NCBI GenBank assembly: GCA_038222225.1 | Contig: JBBRHV010000006.1 | Coordinates: 1,626-65,625 of the forward strand | Reading direction: 5' to 3' | DNA: 64,000 nucleotides | Source: Candidatus Omnitrophota bacterium | GTDB taxonomy: Bacteria; Omnitrophota; Gorgyraeia; Zapsychrales; JANLHA01 | In this document: one piece after another, positions 12,001 to 24,000 of the stretch | How the letters are laid out: each line of letters starts with the position of its first letter | Position numbering within the stretch: position 1 is the stretch's first letter | Notes under the pieces: generated by a model | The model's database searches: none | The model's input: the letters and a program-made list of their open reading frames with translations, nothing else | What the model was told of the DNA's origin: nothing | Position numbers and translations under genes: made by a program

Positions 12001-15000
12001 TTTTACCCGGAGATGTATACGCTCCCGTCTTTGAAGAGGCGACGATCCGGGCATTGAAAAAAGTGTTGAGCATCTTAAACGCTTCGCATGAAGAGATCAA
12101 GCCGCTTGTTGGTGAGATCAGTCATGGGGTCCTTGGGATCCGGGATATGAGATTTTTAAACATCGGCGGAAGGCAGATTTCGTTTATTTCTCGAACGATC
12201 CAACACGACGGCCGCGGGCGTGACTTTTTGGGACGATTGTGCATGGCTGAAAGCGGGGATTTGAACGGCAGGAAGGCGAATATGAATTTGCTTCGCATGG
12301 TCAAAGAACATGGCCGTCCGTATCCGGTTTCTGTCCTGTTTGCCTCTGGACGAACGATTGTCCAAACGCCGCAAGTCAACAGCGCGGTGCTTTTGACCGA
12401 ACCGCTGAGAAAAATGTTCCGCGCATTGAAACCGTGGCTGGTTATCGGCGCCGTTGCTGCCTGGGTGGGTTTTGAAAGAATGAATGCGAATCTCTTTTCT
12501 GGCCCTGAAGGGGGCGCGCATGAGAAATGGATCTTTCTCGACCTTGTTTTAGCCGCCGGTGTTATTGAAGAAATTCAATACAGGTTTGGCGTGTACAGGC
12601 ATGTCTTGAGGCCTTATTTCGGCGTTGTGCTGTCAGTCATCATCAGTTCTTTAGTTTTTGTGGCGGTCCATCTGATCTTTGCGGATGGGACCTTGATCGG
12701 TTTAATATATGTCCTGTTGTTTGGTGTAATTTCTGCCTTGATTTATGAAACCAGCGGCAAGCTGCGCTACGCTATTCTTCTGCACATGATCTCGAACTTG
12801 ATTTGGATCGGCATGAGCGCCGGTCCGTTTGCATATTTTATATTCACGGTCTCGCTTATGGCGCTGATGAAATTAAGCTTTGTTCTATTTATCTTCTATC
12901 ATACGGTCATCGCTGGCGTTAATGAGAGAGGAATCAAGGCCTTTGAACGTTTTGGAAAAACTGATTCGATTGATGAATGGTTAGGTCAAAAAGTTATCAG
13001 ACCGGCGGTGGCTGTGATTAAAAGCCGATGGGCAAAACTTGGCATGAATAAAATGTGGCGAGCAAAAAGCCCGGATGGAAAAGAACATCGCCGCATATAT
13101 GCTTTGGCATTCACAATCAGTGGATTGATCCTGACCTTGCAGTTTGCCGGAGACAGGATGTTCAGATTGTTCTATCCGGTCTCGCCAAGACCTTTGATCA
13201 CTCAAGAAGAGATGCGACAGAACATTCAGCGGGAGAGGGATAAGTTTGAAGCAGCAAAACGTGCCGCCCTCGCACAGACGCCAGGACTCACCACCAATGA
13301 TATTTTTGGTGTGATGTATTCTTACAAAGCGGATCTTTCATTGATCCGGGTTGTTTTATTCCATGACGGTCGCGCATACAGCGTGGAGGTGACATCGTCA
13401 GGTGAGACAATTGTCGATCCGGTAGCGTTATCATGCTACGAGGGCATTCTTACGCTGTTATTTTCCGACGGGCATATGGACAGACATCGTGAACTTCCTT
13501 TAAACGAACGGACTTGGAATGAAGTTGAAGCTTGGAAAAATAGATTGCCTCAAAAACCTGCACCTAAAGTACGGTCGAAACAGGGCGCGCAAAATTCATA
13601 TCATAAATTCAATACAGCGAGTTTGTACAAAGGGGTCAACAGCGCGGTGTTGTTGGGTTACTCGGATAAAGAAGCGTGGAACAAAGAGTCCGGGTTTTTG
13701 CTGGATACATTTTTTACATTTGAGCAGTATGTCGCGGCGGCTTTATATGATCCGGCCTGGGGATTTTATGGCAGTGGGAAGATCAAACTAGGGTTTGATT
13801 TCGGAACCATGCCGATCGCGCTGTCGCCGTTTTTCGGAGAGAAGGTCGCTGAGCGTGTGTACGAGATGTATATCGGCATGCTGAAAGCCGGTACCATCAG
13901 GCCGGATGAGCCGTTTTACATGATCGAGTTTGGGGCGGGAACCGGCGTGTTGGCAAGGGACGTACTGGCATTCTTTAGAGAACAAGCTAAACGCGGACGG
14001 GTTTATAAACGATTCTATGACAATTTGCATTATGTGATCAGCGACCGATCTAGCCCGCTGCTGGAAAAACAAAAGCAGAAGAATGCGGAGTTCTTGGAGG
14101 AAGGCAAGATCCAGTTTGTGATCGGCGATGCTCAAGAGCTTGAAACATTCTTGGAGAAAGAGCGTCCGATCAAGGGAGTTGTATTCTCCAATGAGCTTTT
14201 GGATGCCTTCCCGTCCCATAAAGTTTACATGGATGAACAGGGAGTGGCACATGCCATGGTCTCGATACCGGCTCTTGTCGATCAGCACAGTCCTGATCTC
14301 AGGCCTGGCAGCAGAGGCCGCCTATCGTCAACGATCAGCTTGTTGGCGCAAGTCGGAAAGGTGCTTAAGGCCCACGGGCTTTCGCTTGAAACATTAACTC
14401 AAAAAAGCCGTGAGTTCGCAGGGCGGTCGAATGTAGTCAAACAGATGGTGGATGATGGGGCCGTTGTTTTAAGTCGGGAGGATTTCTGCCGTATCCAGGA
14501 AATTTTCTCCGGTGAGAAAGTCAGTATGTATCGCGAGCTTATCCACAGGGTTATGGCGTTCTCTGAGATGACGGTTCCCGCGGCGCTGGTGCCCGGTTTA
14601 AAGGAATATTTAGATTTCCACAAAGATGAAATGAGGACGGCCCTTCAGGGAGAGTCAGGATGCGCAGTTGTCTCTTCCGGGTGGCTTTCGTTTGCAAAGC
14701 ATGTTTCCGGTTTGATCGATCAGGGATATGTCTTTACGATCGATTATGGAGAGACTACGGCGACATTGTTGAGCGCCAGGCGCAGAGAGAATTTTCCGAT
14801 TTCGATCTATCATCGACGTTTGGGAAGAGAGCGCAATCCTTATCTTCACCCTGGTGATGTGGACATATCGGTTGCGCCGGATTTCACGGTCTTTGCCCAG
14901 GCGGGGCTTGTTCATGGCTTGGTTCCGGTTTATCACGGGGAGCTCCGGTTCTTGCAGGCAGATTCAACCGAAAGGATTGACTCCGCGCAAACCGCTTCAC

Positions 15001-18000
15001 GGGTTAAGCGGCTGTTTACCCAGATGGCGATCGAGGCCAATATTGAAATTAATGCTCTTCGAGCACATGGATTTTCGGGTGATCAATCTCAGAGCATCGC
15101 TGCTGCGATGGAGCGTTATTTTAAAGAGGGTCGCCAGCCTGCGCCGGGAGAGCTTGACGCTAAAGCTCAGGCGGAATTTGACAGCCTTCTTCAATTCGGA
15201 CGTAACGATGCCGATGACAAATATCCTATCTGGGTTGAGCGTTTCTTGCATTCATCCGGGCATAAGATCTTGATCCAGCAAAAGGCGGGCACAGATCCAC
15301 ATTATTCGTTTGGCCAGCCGATCTTGCCGCTGTTTCAGGTGAAGCCCAAGACATCTTTGGCAGTTTCGAATGATTTTATCGGAACAAATTCATCCGTGAT
15401 CGACGATCAAAAGGTTGTTGTTGATATCCGCAGCCTGGCTGAAGATGCCTACGATGAAGCGTTTGCCACACGCCATTCGAATTATAGACGTCATGACTCC
15501 CATCGAGTCCATCATTGCGAGGTCAACACCAATATTTTGCAGGGATTCCTTCAGCTAAAAGGATACAGGGCTATTCAAGTTTTTCATACACCAAAAGGTG
15601 AACCGCAATATTTTGTTATGTTTATGGTTAACGGTGAGGTTTGGGTTGCTGAGCCAACTTGGCAGCTCATGATTCCTGAAGAGAATCGCACTGATGATCT
15701 TCCGCATTGTCTGGTTTTCAAAGAAGCGGATCTTGAGAAAATCATGCAACAATTCGGTATTGTTGAACATTGCCGCGTAAGTTGGCGCAAATCGGTGAGT
15801 GAGAATCGAGACAAACTATTTGAGACCGGGACAAGGGATTCTCTTGGGACGAACGGATCGGTTTTAAATTCAGGCATAACAGGTGTTAAAAAAGGAATAG
15901 GGTATGTGAGTTCGCTCTGGCAAAGGATGCGGCATGGGCGCGCAGACTCTTTTGATCTTCATCAGATGGAGGCTGCCTTCGGATTGCATGTTTTGGGACG
16001 GTTCCTTCGCCGTCGCCCAACGGTTCTGGTGATTCGCGGGAAGGGGCCGTTAAGCGGGCTGCAGGTTCTGGCAGAGGGCTTGGCCGCTCAAAAGTATAAT
16101 GTTGTTCTGTTCAATTATGATTACAGATTGCCGATCAGACAACTAAGCGCTTCGCTGATCGCAGCCTGGAGAGTATTCCAGAAGGCCCATCCACGGCGGA
16201 CGGAGTTTGGGGTGGTGGCGTATTCTTACGGGACAACAGTTCTTCGTTTGGCTGTGGTGAAATCGTTAGATGAGGTCTTCAGAGAGGGGCACATCATTGA
16301 GCTGGCACCGCTCTTGGGCGGATCTAGGAGCGCCTTGAGCGCATCGACGCCGGAGGGGATTGCCTTGGCGCGGTCTTCCGGCAAAGCGGATATGATCCAG
16401 ATAGGGAAGGCCTTGGATCCGAATGGTGAGTTCCAGGCGGAGTTGTTTAATGAAATCAATATTGGATTATATGAGGACCGGTTCAGCCGTGCTTCGCGTT
16501 TTGTGATTATCGCCGAAGGAGATGAACTTGCGCCGCGCCTGGACCGCCGGCCGGATCATTTCACGCGAAGGTATCAGGAGAATCTCGGAGAACATGTCGA
16601 AGTCCGTATTAAGCGGCAGCCGCATGATGCTTTGCCCTCAGAGCCTGCGGCGGTTACAAAAGTGATCGAGCGGTTGAACTCTCGACTTAGACCCGGTGTC
16701 GATACCGCTGAGAGAAAAGCAGACGGCCGTCAAGGGAGAGACATCAATAGCGCGGTGTTGTCCTCTGGGGCTGAGCCGGATTTTTCTTTCGACAAAACAA
16801 TTTCGCCCGATGTTCATCGTGCCAAGATTCGTTATGTAAGCCAAAAGAGAATCGCTCAGGATATGTCACGCACTAGCCATGACCGGGTTCGGGCTAAGGA
16901 AGCCTATTTGCTTGCAGTTCGCGATACGGCGATCAATTTAGCCCGGGCTAGGGATGAGCGGGTCGCTGCTGTACTGCGGAAAATATGTGATACGATCGTG
17001 GTTCGTGCCGGCCCTATGAAATATTTATTGGGGGCCTACCGTTCAAAAGAATTGTTCCTTGATGAATCTCTGCTTTCTGATCCTCAACAGTATTATGAAT
17101 TAATTCTCACATTATTGTATGAAGCGCGAGCGATTGCTTACCCGGCAGGTTTTAATGCGGAAAATGAGGGGTTTGCCCAAGATTGTTTGGTCAACGGGCT
17201 TATTCCAGAACGGATCCATCCGCGCACCGCCAAAGAGCGTCAAAAGATCGTGGAGGCGCTCAAGCTTTTACCAAAAATTCAATCCCCGGTGAATTATCTT
17301 TTAGTCGTGCCGATGTATAAGGAAATGTTCCGTTTGAGTCCTGAGGGCGAAGACGCGTTGCGGCGCAAGGTTTTGGCCATGGCTGTTCTGCATCGGTTGA
17401 ATCCGAATTTGAACGGCCGCATGCTTCTGGTTGATGACGGAACTCCATCCCTGGCATCTGAGGCGTGTGCCCGTGAGATTTGGCGTCAGATCCAAAAGGA
17501 ATTCCAGGCTCGCGGCGAGGTACTGGATCCGGAAGCCGTTACGTTTGCCCATGTCTCCGTTGAGGAAAAGAAAAGCAAGAAGAGCAGAAAAGGATGGGCG
17601 GTTCTGCGGGGGATGCGTTTGGCGCTGGAGCAGGGATGGGCAGATTATATTGGTTATACCGATACGGATATTTCAACAAATCTGCTTCAGATGCCGTTTA
17701 TTTTATGTCCCCTGATCGAGCGCACGGCTGACGTTGCGATCGGATCCCGTTGGGCCAGCGGCGGCAAACAGGAAGGTGTTTCGTTTAGACGGATGGTTTC
17801 AAGTAAAGTCTTTAATATGGCGGTTCATATGTTTCTGCCGGTTTTGTGGCGGATCAGGGATACTCAGCGGGCGTTTAAATTGTTTAACCGGTCAGTATTA
17901 AGAACCATTTTGCCGTATGCCAAGGAACCCGGCTTAGCGATTGATACAGAGCTATTAACACTTGTCCGTATCGCCGGACGGAAAATCATTGAAGTTCCTA

Positions 18001-21000
18001 TTGCATGGATTGATTCTGCCGAGGCAAGTACGATCGATCTGGGGAAGTCTGCCAAAGAAATGCTTTTGGCAATTATGCTGCAGTCGCGCCATATGTTCGA
18101 TCTCAGGCTGATTTTGAATCTTCGGCTTGCAGAGAGGCTGAACCCTGAAAGGAAAGGAACAGATCTCGAGGTTAATAGCGCTGTTCTGGATGCAGAGAGT
18201 TTAAGTTGGAGTGGCTTCATTGAATTTGAACATGCCGGAATGAAACTGCTGGCTATTCAACGCAAGACAGAAGGGCTTGCCGGACGCAGCCTGGCCCGCG
18301 CGAGTATCGAAATTTATCAGCTGATCAGAGGTGTTTCTGAGCCTGCGCTGACCGGATTTGTTGACGTCTGGTTCCGGGAAGACCGAACAGCGGCGGTCCA
18401 TAAAGAATTTTCTTGGAATGATTATTATGCCTTAGGTGTCTTGGGACATGCCCATGGGCCGTTGAAATTAGGTTATTCTTTAGACGGGTATGATACTGTC
18501 TGGAGCTATGGCGAACGCCGGTTTCTGGTTGGGGAAGACCATCCGGCCTTGTGGGTCCATGCGCAATCACGCAATCAGGGGTTAGGGAAGGTCCTGTTTG
18601 GGGCCGCAGCCGAACTGGCCCGCTTGCGCAATTGTCATCTGCTTCGTGTTGAAGAATGCCAGACAGGCGGGCGCAGTCTGTATAGACAGTTTGTTCCGGC
18701 GGATCAACAGCAAAATATTGACGGATCTTCGGTCGTGCTTCAGCTGCAAGGCCGTGATGCACAAAAGACGGGTGAATCTCAAAAGGAAACGAATGCGTCG
18801 ATTTCTGGCGTTGAGGCGGAGCATAACAGTTCGGCTGGGATGCAGGAAAGGTTGGCAAGACTTTGTGAGGAGGCCCTTCATCAAACAGTTTTCCCTGTTC
18901 GAGGCCAAAGCACGGAGGATGTGAAGCGGCTTCTTATCGAGGCGGATAAACAGACGCATAGTATTTTCAGATTCCATTTGGCAAGACTGGTTCTGGCAGA
19001 ATTAGGCCGTTGTTGTTCAGGGGCTAAAAAAGGATGGATCTTCGGTGATGTCGGGGAAGGAACACTTGATCGGATCGGTCCGTTGGGCGATATTGATCTC
19101 ATTATCGGAGTCGCGACCGAAGAAGATAAAGTTGGCGCGGCCCAAAATTTAGCGAGCATTAACGCGTATGTGACGTACTGGTTAAATAAGCTGCAGCATA
19201 CCAAAATAGAGGAGCTCATTGAAACAAGGAATGCGAAAAGAATTTTAACATTGGCAGAGATTGAGGGTAACCCGTTCTATATCCACAATGTCGACAGTCC
19301 TGCTTCGCTTCTTTTTGATGCCGAAACAATTTCAGATGTTCGACGCGCAAACGGATCTGAGTCTGCCGAGGCCAACAGCGCGATCCTGAATCGAGAGGAC
19401 GCGCTGGCCCGGCTTCGCAATCCGGATTATGTTGAGCCGCAAGAATTGACCAGCACCGATCTTTTGGGGACGTGTGAAAAAATCACGCGCTGCACAAATA
19501 CAAGAGTTCAATGCTCATTTGTTCCTCATCAGCAGCATGCTCCCGGAGGTGTCTATGTTGCGGCAGGCGTTGCGCAGACAGCAAGGATGACGGCAACGGG
19601 GCAGGTGCATACACAGACTCAATTTGAAATCACGATCAGGGCAGGTCAAAGAGAGGACATGAAACATGTTTTGCGCATGATCTTAGAGAAGCTGGTGCGT
19701 TTGAGGGATAAGGTGGCTCCGGAAGCATTGGACGCCTTTGATGTTCTGGCGCAAAGAAAGGCCGCCGACATTTCTCTTCATGCCGCAGAGGGAGAATCGG
19801 CGCTTAGGTGGTCACATATGATCGGGCTTAAGGTTGAGGCGGAGAAGCATTTTAATCATGTGCCGGTGAGCATTCAGGCAGATGTGATCTTGACTACGAT
19901 GCCCCGGAGGGAGGCGGCACAGCGTTTGGTTGTTAAATTAAGTCAGGAACAACGGTTTATGATATTGGCTCCGACCGGGTTAAGCCCGCGGGAGATTGTG
20001 GATCAGCTTCTTGCGAAAGAAACCGTTGAGGAGGCAATTAAAAATATCTTGAGGAAAGGGATCCTTCGCGGGATTCATGCCCATGATGATATCCGAAAAG
20101 CGTTTCAGGGCAGCGGGATTTTATGTGAAGCGCTCGTGTCGGATGCCAGGGTCAACCGGATCCATATTTTCAGCGTGCCCAAAAGGATCACGGTTTTAAA
20201 AAGTTATCACTCAACGCCGGAAGATGTGTGGGACGCTTTGCGCCGGGAGAAGGGGCTTAATAATCAGCTTCAGGCGGATTTTGCTGAAAGCGTTCATTCT
20301 CAGATTGCCGCTGATATAGTCATGCGGCGTTTAGGTTTGTGGCGTCTAAAAGAAAAGAAAGACGGGTCTCTGTTTAGAGTCTTAACCCGTTTATTCCGGT
20401 TGAGGCGTTCGTCTTACGGTTTGGCCCAGGCCAGGGAAGACGTGGCACACATCAATTCCCAAATGGCAGGATCTGTTGCAGACTCCCTGACGTGGGTTTC
20501 GGCACCAACATATTTCTTGAGTCTTTCTGATGAGGAACGCAAGGGCCTTGAGGAGGAGATCAAATTTCAACTTCGAAAATTTGGGCCGAAGGCTGTTGAC
20601 CAGGAAGAATTTCAATTGAAATTGAGAGAGTCGATCGCGCAGCGTTGGAGAATCCAGAAGGGGATGACGCCGGAAGAAGTTTTTGACCAATGCGCGCTGT
20701 ATTGGATCGTGGAAGTTGCAAATAACTTCATTCCGAAATTCAATGCCATGAGGTCACGCTCAGAGCGGTTTGAATTTTTGAAGGCCCAGCTTCCGCAGTG
20801 GTATCCGGCGTTGGTAGAGACGTTAGATTCTCTTCAGAGTTTATTAAATGACGGAAGTACATCTTTTGATGTTCGACAGCAGATAGGAACACTGGGCATC
20901 TCAGTTGCGGAACAGGACCTTTTATCAAAAGCATTTTTAGATGAATTTGGGTTTGTGCTGCTTTTGGGACAGTCCGCTCAGGGAACAAAGTCAGATTTAT

Positions 21001-24000
21001 CGACAAGCGCCAGTGTTCTAAATGGAGAAAGCCAGGAAAGTGCGGACTTTGGCGAGGATCAAGATTTATCTCAGATTCTGTTGATGGCCCAAAGGGACCT
21101 CCGGTCTGGGAACCTTTCGCGGTTTGCCGGGATCAATGCTGAAAATCATAAAGAGCGATTATCAGGATTTATTTCTGAGAGCATTCTTCAGAATGAGCGT
21201 TTTGCGCAGGTCATCGGCCTCTTGTCATTTATTTCTGATAATCAGGCTAGGTCTGCTTATGGCTATTCGCCGATTTGTGAACATATGAGTCAGGCGGTTG
21301 CGGTTGAGACGGCAATAAAAGAATTCCAGGTATTAGGCTTGGCGGGCTGGAAGGTCGATTCGAGAGTTTTGACCGGTGTCAAGGATTGGTGGCCCATCGG
21401 TTCTCATCATTCAGCCGCGATCGTTGTGATCGGGGATATTCGTTTCTTTGTCGATATGACATTTCCTGTTCTCATCGAAAGCAATTCAGATTATGCGGAT
21501 TTAAGCAAGCCTCATGGGCTTGTGATGATCCCTGAACAAGTTTTGATCGAACATCCTTCGTTCCTTCAGCTTTATCAGACAGGGATCGCCAGATCCATGG
21601 ATTGCGGATTTTCTGAAATCAAGGGCGTCCAAAGGGAGGATTTAAAATTGACCATGCGGCTCCTTTCTTTAGACGAATTTTCTGATGTGATCGAAACTAT
21701 TCCCGATGATTTTGTCGCTGAACGCTACTCCAAAGAAGAGAGAGCTGCTTTACCAGCCCAAATTGAGAGCCAGGCACTCAAGATCTATTGTTTCTATCTT
21801 CCTCGGGCGGTTTCTCAGGGAGTCCTGGCAAAAGGAGTCGGCATGGTTTTTGTCCGCCAGGAGGGAACGGGCCGTCGCGAGATCGATTTCTTTTTCTTGC
21901 GATGCAGCCTCACTTATATGGGATTTGGGCCGGAAATGATTAGGCGCGTTTTGAGAGAACTTCGCAAAGGAACATCAGGCGTGAAGGAAGTTGGAATAAG
22001 CTCCGGGTTCTTGAAGATGCTTCCGGAAGACAACGGGTCTTCAAAACGGGCAAGGCTTTCGAGAAAGTTCTTTTGCTATCTGGGATTTGAAGGTGATCCG
22101 TTGACGTTGCGTTTGCAAACTTCCGAGGAAAAAAACAAGGTCCCCTCCGCAGCGACAAATGCTTCGGTCATTTTGGATGGAAAAACCTTGAGCGAACAGA
22201 AACCGCTAACGGTTGAAGAATCGTGGCAGCTATTCGCCAGAAAGTTGGAGAAGGGGGCGCGTACGAATAGTCATTCTGGATTGGAAGACAATCCGGTCAT
22301 GTCGCATTTTAACGAGACGAAAAAAAGGAACGCGAATAATTCCTTTGAAACAAATGCGTCCATTCTTCTGGAATGGAGATTGAGGAAAATCATGCAGCCG
22401 TTTTTTGAAGGCGGATATTACGTCGAGAAGCAGGGGGATTCACGTCATGAAATGTTTCTGCGCGTGTGCCATCCGGAGCCAGAGAGACAGGGCGTGTTTC
22501 GTGGTGAAGACAAGACCCGCGCTTTCTGGGTTCAAGCGAGGGAAGATGAGTTTGAGGTCAACTGGGTCTTTCCGGATCTTCCGCCTGGCAAAGGTCTGGG
22601 GCGTGCTTTCATGGCCAGTGCACTTTTATTGCAGGATGGTTTTTGTGGAGGAAAGAAAAAGTTTATTATTGAAGACACAAAAATCTGGTTGTGCCGCAGC
22701 TTCAGAAAGCTTCCCGGATTCGGGATTTTTTATTGGGCGAAAACGTTTCAGTTTGTTGCGTTGCTGTTTTGGTTGGCGGGCCGCCGGGATGTTCTGAAAT
22801 ACAGGCTGACCGGGCGCGTACCCGAGGTTTCAGCGAAATTTAAAGCCTGGCTGCATGAAAGAAATGAACACAACAAGGGCAAGGCTGTAGGGACAGAGCT
22901 TCGAACGACCAATGCCGCGGTGTTGGGCCGTTGGGTGCATGCGTTCGAAGAGGGGTGGGGGCGTGCGGCGAAAACAACCTTGAGCAGGGTTGCTGATGAA
23001 TCGCTTGCATGGAAAAGAAAAATTAATGAGTGGGTCTCTTGGCTGAAAATTTGCCTGCACGTGACGGACCGCAGTGATCGAGTGGTTGCGGCACAGCAAC
23101 AGGATATCCAGATTATTGGAAACAATTTCGGTACGGAGCAACACCCAGCCCGCGTCGGATCGGTAGTTCATATGTCCAGTTCGCATGAACAGGACCCGGG
23201 ACTACCGGTCTGGCGCACATATTTCGAAGGAAAACTCAGCGGCGGGGTAAACGCGGCTGTGCTTGTCCCTGATCGCATGGGCAAGACGTCGGCGGACTAT
23301 TTTGATGAACTTGTCGCGCAGTTTAATGATCAAAACAATGAAGTTTGGCAGAGATTTCGTGCTTCTGTTGAAGCGAACCCCGATCAGTACGATTCAGTTT
23401 GGTTGAAAGTTTTGAAGCAGGCGCGTGCATTAGAGGTTGAAACACAGAAGCAGGTTCAAGAACCCGTGAAGATATTTTTATCGCTGGATTCCGTCTTGAT
23501 CGTTCCTGAAGATGGAAGCATGACCGGTCCTTTATTGCCGTTGGCGCCGGATTCGGAAGCAACGCATCATTTGCCTGCCCTGCCTGTGGTGCCGGAAGCA
23601 ATTCTTTTATTCATTTTCGTTTTGAGCCGCAAAAGACAAGGCCGCGGGGGGAAAGGCAGGGAGTACAGTTTAGCTGCATTCGTTGAGAGCATGCAGAGCC
23701 GATGGAAGGCCGTGAAACGTGCTGGTTTTACGGGCAAAGATTTCTTTGGAAAACGCCATGTCTATAATCTCACGTTGCGGTCTTCGTGTCGGAATTTTGC
23801 GTCAACAGGGTTGAGTGATCCGTCCGTAAAGTTTGCAGGAGAAAGTAACGCATCAGTTCTGAAGGATGCAAAGAATCGTGAGAAGCGTGACAGTTTCAGA
23901 AGTGGACGGCGGTCTCTTTCTGTCGTGTTCACCGTTCTTGGAGTTGCGATCGTTTTGTTTATCGCGCAGACAGCTTTGGCAGGATTGGAAAGGGCGGCCT

